Assembly (NCBI GenBank): GCA_903915125.1
Contig: CAIWRR010000065.1
Span: 1-59,381, forward strand
Length of the DNA: 59,381 nt
DNA from: Candidatus Firestoneibacteriota bacterium
GTDB taxonomy: Bacteria > Oederibacteriota > D2-FULL-39-29 > CAIOVX01
Direction: 5' to 3'
The notes under the pieces are model-generated. The model did not search any database. It was not told the origin of the DNA and saw only the letters and a program-made list of their open reading frames with translations. Made by a program: the position numbers and the translations under genes. Below, piece by piece: positions 44,776 to 52,290 of this stretch. The first letter of the stretch is position 1, and each line of letters begins with the position of its first letter.

Positions 44776-45816
44776 CTAATTCTCCTTTACCCCTGCGTTA
44801 TTCCAAAGCTGCTGTATGGTTTTGGCTTCGCGCTGAATGCGCGTATCCGGATTATTTCCGGCGTGTTGAACAATCAACTGCTTCAGGCTTTCGCCGATGT
44901 CCGTTTTTGTCGCCCCGGCAAAACCGTTTAGCGGCTGCGTGCGCTCAATGCAATACTGCCGTTTTGCTTCAAGCTCTTTGACAAAAGGCGCATTATCCGG
45001 AAAATATACATTTGTTTCTTTCCCGCCTGACATGCCTTCTTTTTCGATAAAAACCGCCGGCACCAGGAGCGTTTGTTCCGCTTCAATCCTGAGGTCTTCA
45101 TTTATGGCGCTTATAGATTCTCTCAAACGCGCGCCCGCGGCTATACTCTTGCTCGCGCTGGATATTATTGACAAAGCGCTGTGCTTGACGGAATAGGTCA
45201 ACAACTGGCTTTGCGCCAGCTGAGACTCGCGGCCTCCCAGCGCCTGGGTTGCCACAAGCGATGAACGCGAAGAATCAGAGACAGGATCCGCGCTGGCCAC
45301 GCGCAATGAAAAAGCCGCCATGTCAAGGTTATGGACGCGTTTTTTAAGTTCCGTGTCAAGATCTTCAAAAAGACGCACATAACGCGACTTAATCCGGTTG
45401 TAATCTTTTTCCATCTGCTCCTGCAGGGCCCTGCATCTGGCGGAAAGGTTGAGAATCTCCTGAAGCTTCGGCCCCAAGGCCATGGAAAGCTTTGTCATCT
45501 GCTGGGTAAGAGTGCTTTGGATAAACCCGAAAAAACCCTTGACAACTTCTCCGGATATTTTCTTCGCGGCTTCGGCCTTGCTGGCTATCTGGGCGGCTTC
45601 GGTTGCCACCACAGACGCGGTCATCAGGTCAACATCATTCTTGCAGACGGCAACGCTCTGCTGAAAGGGATCGTCGTCAACAGTGACCAGTATCTCAACA
45701 CCCTCCGACCATTGCATAGAAACCGACTGGGTTCCTCCATTCTCGGAAGCAGGATATCTGAAACTTCCGCTCACAGTGCCTGATATTGTCTGATGGTCTC
45801 TTATCCTGTACGCCAT
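44776..45816 (-). CDS. Hypothetical protein, paralog A of a tandem pair
   Basis: Colinear similarity to 45818-46729 (see finding). Start set at MAYRIRDHQ, 1 nt after the paralog B stop. Confidence 0.6.
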   Translation of the reverse strand: MAYRIRDHQTISGTVSGSFRYPASENGGTQSVSMQWSEGVEILVTVDDDPFQQSVAVCKNDVDLMTASVVATEAAQIASKAEAAKKISGEVVKGFFGFIQSTLTQQMTKLSMALGPKLQEILNLSARCRALQEQMEKDYNRIKSRYVRLFEDLDTELKKRVHNLDMAAFSLRVASADPVSDSSRSSLVATQALGGRESQLAQSQLLTYSVKHSALSIISSASKSIAAGARLRESISAINEDLRIEAEQTLLVPAVFIEKEGMSGGKETNVYFPDNAPFVKELEAKRQYCIERTQPLNGFAGATKTDIGESLKQLIVQHAGNNPDTRIQREAKTIQQLWNNAGVKEN

Positions 45817-45817
45817 T

Positions 45818-46729
45818 TTACGCCAACCCCTGTTTCTGTTCTGCGCAGGCTGAGATGAGCTCAAGCGTTGTTTTGCTTACCCTTTCCGGAAGGCTTCCGG
45901 CCGCAAGCATGGCACGCGCCTGCTCTATCACGGCTTCAGCTATCTCCCCGTTTCCTGAAGAGTCGAGACGGCCGAATTCCGGAAGCAGCGCCGATTCAAT
46001 ATTTTTGGAAACCGAAAATGCAGGCGCGTAAACCGCCTTTGATTTTATATCCATATTGATATCATCACTTTCAAAAAGAACGGCAGGAATCATAACCGCG
46101 ACGGAAGATTCGGGGGATTCACCGTCAATTATCTGCATCATTGATTCCTGAAGCGCTGCCGTCTTGTCCAGTATTCCAGACATATTCTCAAGCGCCTTAA
46201 GCGCCGTCCGGCGCGCAACAGACGAAGCTATCGCCTGTGAAGCGCAGATACTCTCTTTCTGGTGAACAGGCGTCTGAACCCCTTCGTTAAGCATGCGCCT
46301 CATGGAAAGATGCATTTGGACAGCCGATAATTCTACAGACGCTTTGTCCAGCTCTGATACGCGGGTTTTTAGGGAATTGTTAAGGGTTTGGAATACTTTT
46401 GTGTACCGGTTTGAAATACGGTGAAAATCACGGTCCATCTGCTCGTGAACACGCCGGAGAGCCGCGCCAAAATGGCTAAGCTCCTGGAGCTTGGCATCAA
46501 CTACGGCCCTGGCCTCCGCGCTTCTCTGCGAGAGCTGGGACAAAACGAGGGAAAAGAAACCGCGGTTGACATTTTCGCAAATATGATTTGCCGCGCTTTG
46601 TTCCGCGGCTACAGTCGCCGCCTTCATGGCAACTATGGCTACAGTCGTGCCGTTGACATGATTCGCAACCTGCTGAACGCTTTCCGCCATCGGCTCGGTG
46701 CTGACATTTACATACAGAGTGGATGACAT
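45818..46729 (-). CDS. Hypothetical protein, paralog B of a tandem pair
   Basis: 303 aa, no TM segment or signal peptide. Its ATG shares one base with the upstream TAA (TAATG). Confidence 0.6.
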   Translation of the reverse strand: MSSTLYVNVSTEPMAESVQQVANHVNGTTVAIVAMKAATVAAEQSAANHICENVNRGFFSLVLSQLSQRSAEARAVVDAKLQELSHFGAALRRVHEQMDRDFHRISNRYTKVFQTLNNSLKTRVSELDKASVELSAVQMHLSMRRMLNEGVQTPVHQKESICASQAIASSVARRTALKALENMSGILDKTAALQESMMQIIDGESPESSVAVMIPAVLFESDDINMDIKSKAVYAPAFSVSKNIESALLPEFGRLDSSGNGEIAEAVIEQARAMLAAGSLPERVSKTTLELISACAEQKQGLA

Positions 46730-48732
46730 TATCTGACCTCCGGCTTTGAGCCTGTTTCTTCCGGCCCGCTGCCAGGGGATCCGGCTTCCCCTCCGCCTGT
46801 TTCAGGTTCCGCAGCCGCCCCCGATTTCGCCGCCGCAGCGTCTTTATAGTCCTGCACTGTTTGCTTAAGATTAAGCGAAAGCCCTTTCTGCACTTCTTCT
46901 CCCAAATCAGGCTGCGGAGGCAATTCCGCCATCTCCGCGAAATAAGCGTTTACGCCAAGCAAATTCTTGCGCCTTTCATTAAGAGAAGTCATCCTGGACA
47001 TGGCTCCGGCAAAATCCCTCGACCCTGCGTCACAAAGCGAGGCGTCGAAAAATTCGATATAACCGAATTCCCCGGCCTTCCGGTCGATTTCTTCTTTCAG
47101 CCTGTTAATGTATTCATTGAACTCATCCTGAATCTTCCGGAATTCCGCGCTCTTCACTTCATAGGCGGCTATGGATTCCCCTGATGAACCGGAAGCATCC
47201 ACTTTCGACTCAGACAGGCTGCCTGAAGCCGCCATTTTCTTCTGCGTCTCTTCGAAAGCCTTGAACTGGTTAAAGCTTGCCGTGAATTCCGTCAGGCTGG
47301 CCTGCATTAAGTTGATCAGCTCGCTGCCTTCGGCGCGGTTTCTGCCGTAGAAGTCGTCCGTATCCCTATGCCACTGATTCAGGTAATCCAGCTTCTGATC
47401 TTTTATATCATTGTAGAGCTTCATGCGCTCAATGCGGGTTTCTCTCATGAGATTCCTTAGGATAGGGCTTACGATTTCTTCGTGTATCTGGTGAATACCG
47501 AAGGGAAAACTTGTCCGGCGCCCGTCCATGGCGACCCAGTTTCCCGAGATAGCGTCATAATGCACCCTGGAACTCTTCTTAAGTTCAAACGGGCGGTAAT
47601 TGTCTACCGACTCCTGGTAATCAAAACGCTCCCCCCTTATACGGTCTATCTCTTCCGCTTCAAGATGGGGGGAATAGTGGTTGTAAGCGGAATTAAGGCT
47701 TGCAAACAGTGTTTTATTGGCGTGTGTCACCATATGATCCGTAGAACCAATCTTAACTTTTGTGACAAGCTGGATCGTTGAGGCCAGGCGGTCCATAAGC
47801 CCCTGCAGGAACTCCTCAAACTGGGCTGTCTGCCCTTCCATAGCTTTTTTCATTTCATTCAGAACCTTAAAACGTTCTATATCGTCCTTTTGGGCGTCGG
47901 TGTCAAACACATTAAGGATAAAACCGTTTGAAGCTTCCGTGGTGCCATGCTCGCGAAGAAAGTCGGCGTAAGAACTTTTCGGGTCAATGACCGGCATTGA
48001 GACTGAATTGCGGTCAAGGTCATTCAGGAAGAAAGACGCGGCTCGCATATTGCGGTCTAAACCGCCAAGGTAGTCATAATATGAGACCTGCTGTATGGAA
48101 CGGGAGAACTCGGATGTGTTTACTTCTTCCATTGCCGAAGAGCCTTCAACCAGCGGTATGTTCTTTAAGGCGCCTTCAATTTCCTGAATGTTCTTGATAA
48201 AAGCATCCTGGTTTTTTATATTATAGAGAATGAATTCCTGCAGCGGAACATTGTTTGTGTGGTCCAGCATAAAACTTTTGCCTTCAAAAGGAATCCGGGT
48301 TGCGACAGGAATGTACGCGACACCAAGACGATGAACCTTGTAGTCGCGTCGTATGTTGCCAAACTCCTCGCGAAAAACATTAATGTTTTCTTCAGTGTCA
48401 AGTATAAGTTTTTCCTGCTTCTTCTTTTCCAGCATTGCTACCACCGCCGGAATGACGAGTCCGCCCGCCAGAAAATACAGAAAAGATATATTGGCAAAAA
48501 GCGCAAAAAGCGCGCAAAATCCTGCTCCTATAAACCATAACAGCATTAAATTGTGTTGCTTTTTAACATCAGCCTCGGCTTGTTGCTTTACCTCTTCTTT
48601 TGCTTCAATTTCAGCTTCCAGCCTGAGTTCTTCATCAACAATCTTCTTTGCCGCAGCAGCGTAATATTCATAGAGAACTTTCGCTTGATCCTGGATTACA
48701 TCATTTGATCCGGAAAAAACTTTTGCGCTCAT
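46729..48732 (-). CDS. Large two-TM coiled-coil membrane protein, unknown family
   Basis: 667 aa. N-terminal charged helix, a TM hairpin (LMLLWFIGAGFCALFALFA / FLYFLAGGLVIPAVVAML), a long helical region, and a Gly/Pro/Glu-rich tail. Confidence 0.6.
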   Translation of the reverse strand: MSAKVFSGSNDVIQDQAKVLYEYYAAAAKKIVDEELRLEAEIEAKEEVKQQAEADVKKQHNLMLLWFIGAGFCALFALFANISFLYFLAGGLVIPAVVAMLEKKKQEKLILDTEENINVFREEFGNIRRDYKVHRLGVAYIPVATRIPFEGKSFMLDHTNNVPLQEFILYNIKNQDAFIKNIQEIEGALKNIPLVEGSSAMEEVNTSEFSRSIQQVSYYDYLGGLDRNMRAASFFLNDLDRNSVSMPVIDPKSSYADFLREHGTTEASNGFILNVFDTDAQKDDIERFKVLNEMKKAMEGQTAQFEEFLQGLMDRLASTIQLVTKVKIGSTDHMVTHANKTLFASLNSAYNHYSPHLEAEEIDRIRGERFDYQESVDNYRPFELKKSSRVHYDAISGNWVAMDGRRTSFPFGIHQIHEEIVSPILRNLMRETRIERMKLYNDIKDQKLDYLNQWHRDTDDFYGRNRAEGSELINLMQASLTEFTASFNQFKAFEETQKKMAASGSLSESKVDASGSSGESIAAYEVKSAEFRKIQDEFNEYINRLKEEIDRKAGEFGYIEFFDASLCDAGSRDFAGAMSRMTSLNERRKNLLGVNAYFAEMAELPPQPDLGEEVQKGLSLNLKQTVQDYKDAAAAKSGAAAEPETGGGEAGSPGSGPEETGSKPEVR

Positions 48733-48743
48733 AAAATTAGCTC

Positions 48744-49460
48744 CTATATGTCAATATCATTTCTGCACTCTTTGCGTATCCTGACCAGATCGCTGAGCCT
48801 GTCAGCCGAAGGCCTTACCTGCCCTGCCGGCAGGAGGGTACCGCCGTCTCTTGTATTTTTCAAAATACCGAACAGGACTTTCATCTCCGAGAGAATTTTG
48901 CCGTCCAATTCCAGCGCGGCTTTTGTATCAAGAGGACAGAGATATTTAAGGTCCTCTCCAATCCGTTCTATCTGTTTACGCAATTCAGGGTATTCCTGAT
49001 CAAGGACCGCAATAGAAGAGTATTCCTCCGTGAAAAACGATCTTAGCCCGTCAATTGAAGCAAAAGCCCTGTTCTCTCCACGCCCTATCCCGGCTGCCTT
49101 AATACCTGCCGAACATCCTATTGCGTAACCTGAGATAAGGAGTAAAAACAATACCAGCTGGATATACAAGGAAAAATTGAAGGCACAGCCGGTAACATGC
49201 GCGAATAACAGTCCCGACAGAGCAAAGAGAGAATAAAGCGCGGCGGAAACCCAGAAAATACCGAGGGAGGGAAGAATTTTTTTGAACGCCGGAACGGTTT
49301 TCCAGATTTGAATCATATTCAGGTAACTGGAAGAAAAAACCGAAACAATGACAAACATATCCAGCCAAATCTGTTCCGGCCAGGGTTTGGCCGTCACAAA
49401 AAGCATAAATCCGGCGACAATAACAACAATCCCCAGGAAAAATCCGATAAGGCGCTTCAT
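48744..49460 (-). CDS. 5-TM membrane protein with ~100-aa soluble C-terminal domain, unknown family
   Basis: 238 aa. Hydrophobic segments run through about residue 125, followed by a charged helical domain. Confidence 0.55.
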   Translation of the reverse strand: MKRLIGFFLGIVVIVAGFMLFVTAKPWPEQIWLDMFVIVSVFSSSYLNMIQIWKTVPAFKKILPSLGIFWVSAALYSLFALSGLLFAHVTGCAFNFSLYIQLVLFLLLISGYAIGCSAGIKAAGIGRGENRAFASIDGLRSFFTEEYSSIAVLDQEYPELRKQIERIGEDLKYLCPLDTKAALELDGKILSEMKVLFGILKNTRDGGTLLPAGQVRPSADRLSDLVRIRKECRNDIDI

Positions 49461-49478
49461 GAATATCCCCCAAAAAGT

Positions 49479-50657
49479 TCAGATCACTTTCAACCCGCAA
49501 GACGGGCAGAACAAAACGTTTGGCGCGAGTTGATTCCCGCAGCGCGAGCAAGCGCTGCCGTCGGGCGCGGAAGACTGCGCCGAAACAAGCGGCTGCCCGC
49601 AGGAAACACAGCGCGAAGCTTTCTCGTCATTATCACTGCCGCATTTCGGGCACGGCAAATATGGATCCCCGCAATGAGGGCAGAACTTTGAGGAATTCTG
49701 GAATTTCTTGGAACACTTTGAGCAGAACACGTCACGGGCAACAGCGTGCTGAGGTATATTTTTGTTTATCTGCCCATCTTGAGGATTGCTGCCTGCCGGC
49801 GGGTCCATCATGGACTTTCCGACTCCGCCGCTCCCGCCCATTAAACCGCCGCCCATCAACATAATGCCAAGGAGGCCGGTGCTTCCGGGACCGGTCACCG
49901 CGTCTTTGCCAAGCTTGAAGGCTTCGCTCTGCTGCCAGGTGTAGCCAGCTATACTCTGAGCGCTTTGCTGAGCCATCGCCTCAAGTATCTTTTTTCCGTC
50001 AGCGGTGCGGTCGTCAATATCAATCGATGTAATATAGAAACCGGTTAGCAAGAAACCGTACTCTTCCCAGAAAGGCGCCATATTTTTTTGAAGCTGCTGC
50101 GAAAGCGCATCCAGATGCGCGCTTATGCTTTTAAGGCCGATGCTGTTTGCCTGCATCACCTGGAGGAGCAGTGACTTGGTCTTTGAAACGAGTAATCCTC
50201 TAAAATTATTGGTTATCGCCTTGGCGTCAAAACTAGCGGCGGTGCCGACCAGATTTTTTAGAAAACGTCCTGAATCACTAACCTTTACGCCGTACCTTCC
50301 TTTTGCCATCAGCGGCACCATTGTCTTATAGTCGGGGTCGTTCAGCCTCATGTTGTCCGTATCCCAATCAATATCGAGCGGCATAAGTTTATTGACAAAC
50401 CATACTTCAGCCGTGAAAGGATTATTGCCGCCGAAAGGCAGTCCAAAAAGAGAGCGGAGTAAAGGAATGTTTTCAGTATCGAGAGTGTGCTTGCCGGGGC
50501 CGAATTTTTGTATCATGCGGCCCTTGCTGAACAAGACCGCTTCCTGGGATTCCGCGACGATTATCTGGGTGAAAGTGCTGAGGTTTGTTTCTTTGTAACG
50601 CCAGGCATAGACAGGTTCAGACCCCGGATCCCACTTGATAAAGTCTATAAATGCCAT
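49479..50657 (-). CDS. SPFH (band 7) domain protein of the YdjI / 'virion core protein-like' type with C-terminal zinc ribbons
   Basis: MAFIDFIKWDP...AESQEAVLFSKGRMIQKFGPGKHTLDTENIPLL is typical of this family. A Gly-rich linker follows, then six CxxC pairs (CSKCS, CPHCG, CPKCG, CVSCG, CSRCG, CPSCG). Start set at the ATG at 50657 behind GGGGGGG. Confidence 0.7.
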   Translation of the reverse strand: MAFIDFIKWDPGSEPVYAWRYKETNLSTFTQIIVAESQEAVLFSKGRMIQKFGPGKHTLDTENIPLLRSLFGLPFGGNNPFTAEVWFVNKLMPLDIDWDTDNMRLNDPDYKTMVPLMAKGRYGVKVSDSGRFLKNLVGTAASFDAKAITNNFRGLLVSKTKSLLLQVMQANSIGLKSISAHLDALSQQLQKNMAPFWEEYGFLLTGFYITSIDIDDRTADGKKILEAMAQQSAQSIAGYTWQQSEAFKLGKDAVTGPGSTGLLGIMLMGGGLMGGSGGVGKSMMDPPAGSNPQDGQINKNIPQHAVARDVFCSKCSKKFQNSSKFCPHCGDPYLPCPKCGSDNDEKASRCVSCGQPLVSAQSSAPDGSACSRCGNQLAPNVLFCPSCGLKVI

Positions 50658-50710
50658 ATCCCCCCCTGCGCTTCTATCAACCGGTGAAGCCGGAAACTTT
50701 CTCAAACAAG

Positions 50711-50739
50711 ATTATTAACCAATTCCCGGGAAATGTCAA
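50711..50739 (-). promoter_or_regulatory. Sigma70-like promoter of the nine-gene operon
   Basis: Minus strand reads TTGACA, 17 nt, AATAAT, about 50 nt upstream of the ATG at 50657. Confidence 0.55.
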
Positions 50740-50852
50740 CAGCAAAGTATTTTTTCCCGCATGAACAAGCGGGCCGAATTAACGGCTGCTTGTTATTCCT
50801 TTTGAGGCGGACATTTTGTCCGATAAAGGTCAATTATAAAGCAATATCAAGG

Positions 50853-51902
50853 TTATTTATTGCCTGAATTAACATATTCCTGTTTCTCTATTTTTTTCTT
50901 CGCGGCCGCGTGCTGTCCGAACGTCTCGCTAAACTCGTGAGAGCCGTCGCCCTTTGCGACAAAGAACTTAAATTTGGTTTCTGCCGGATCCAGCGCCGCG
51001 AGGATGGAAGCCAATCCCGGATTGCAGATAGGGGTCGGCGGCAGCCCATGATATCTATAGGTGTTATAACCGGATTCAACCTCAAGGTCGCGGAAGCTTA
51101 ACCGCGGCTTACCCTTTACCCTGTCGCCGAGCGCGAAATAAACTGTGGCGCAGGATTCAAGCTTCATCCCCGACTTCAGCCGGTTCATAAAGACTCCCGC
51201 TATCAAAGCCCGTTCGGACGGTTTCTCCGCTTCTCTCTCCACTAATGAGGCGAGCCGCAGAACATCATAAAAACGGAGTTTCCTCTCCTCGCACTTTCTG
51301 TAAACGCCGTTCTTTTCCATGACCGCATTGAAATTTGCGCGCATAATTCTGAGTATTTCTTCTTCCTGCGTATTGGCGCTAAAAAGATAGGTCTCGGGGA
51401 AAAGATACCCCTCAAACGTCCTGCCTTCAAGTTTATTCTTCCTGACGAACACGTTATCGGCGCACTTCTTCAGGAACGCGGCTTCCGTGGTAATGCGCTG
51501 AGCCGCCAGCAGCCTCGCGATCTGCTTCGCGGTGAAGCCCTCCGGCACCGTAATCTTGTATTGCTTGACTTTGCCGGAAACCAGCATTGAAATTATTTTC
51601 CAGTTATTCATCGAGGGGGAGAACTCGTAATTGCCGGACTTAAATATCGCTCCGCGAAACAGCCTTGTCAATTTGAAAGAAAAAATATCGCCGATGATTC
51701 CGTTTTCCTTTAAGAGTTCCGCAACACTGCCCGCCGGCATGCCGCGATCAATGGTCACCAGTTTTGGACTATTGCCCAAGCGGTGAGGTATAAGAGATAT
51801 CCACGCAAAAACCGCGAATACTGCCGCCAGCGCGAGCAGGAGCTTTTTCAAGTACGGCGGAATTCCGCCTTTCTTACTTTCTGTCATTTTCCCCCCTTTC
51901 AT
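50853..51902 (-). CDS. mltG: Endolytic murein transglycosylase MltG (YceG-like)
   Basis: N-terminal TM anchor, then VTIPEGFTAKQIA, EGYLFPETY and LASLVEREA motifs. Confidence 0.85.
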   Translation of the reverse strand: MKGGKMTESKKGGIPPYLKKLLLALAAVFAVFAWISLIPHRLGNSPKLVTIDRGMPAGSVAELLKENGIIGDIFSFKLTRLFRGAIFKSGNYEFSPSMNNWKIISMLVSGKVKQYKITVPEGFTAKQIARLLAAQRITTEAAFLKKCADNVFVRKNKLEGRTFEGYLFPETYLFSANTQEEEILRIMRANFNAVMEKNGVYRKCEERKLRFYDVLRLASLVEREAEKPSERALIAGVFMNRLKSGMKLESCATVYFALGDRVKGKPRLSFRDLEVESGYNTYRYHGLPPTPICNPGLASILAALDPAETKFKFFVAKGDGSHEFSETFGQHAAAKKKIEKQEYVNSGNK

Positions 51903-52290
51903 TTAAGTAACCCTGCAGTATATTTGCGGCGGCAAGTTTATCAATCACCTCGTCGCGCCTTTTCCTGCTGACATCCGCCGCAATCAGGTCTTCCTTGGCC
52001 GAGAAAGTTGTAAATCTCTCGTCATAAGTTTCAACAGGTACGTTCACGACGGCTTTAAGTTCTTCCAGCCATTTCAGCACCTGCTTCGCCTTAAAAGCTA
52101 TCTCGCCTTTATTATTATAAGGCATTCCTACGACAATAATCTGCACCTCGTACTCCTTAACAACGGCAAGTATGTCGCGGAAAGCAGTGGAACGCGGGAC
52201 GGTCTTTAAAGCGTGCGCGAGCAGGCAGGCCTCATCGGTCACGGCGAGCCCGACCCTCTTATCTCCGTAATCTACGCCGAGTATTCTCAT
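51874..52290 (-). CDS. ruvX: Holliday junction resolvase-like RuvX (YqgF)
   Basis: MRILGVDYGDKRVGLAV motif. Its ATG overlaps the ubiB stop (ATGA). Confidence 0.85.
   Translation of the reverse strand: MRILGVDYGDKRVGLAVTDEACLLAHALKTVPRSTAFRDILAVVKEYEVQIIVVGMPYNNKGEIAFKAKQVLKWLEELKAVVNVPVETYDERFTTFSAKEDLIAADVSRKRRDEVIDKLAAANILQGYLNERGENDRK

Noticed and set aside
50806-50820. CGGACA-AAA-TGTCCG hairpin after mltG as a terminator isolating the nine-gene operon
   Set aside because: The stem is only 6 bp and lacks a U-tract, so read-through from mltG cannot be excluded. The operon boundary rests mainly on the consensus promoter.
41216-50852. The unknown-gene region as a prophage, integrative element or defence island
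   Set aside because: I saw no integrase, recombinase, transposase, phage structural or NTPase/nuclease motif, no flanking direct repeats and no adjacent tRNA. The flanks are housekeeping genes on the same strand. Horizontal origin cannot be excluded without compositional and comparative analysis.
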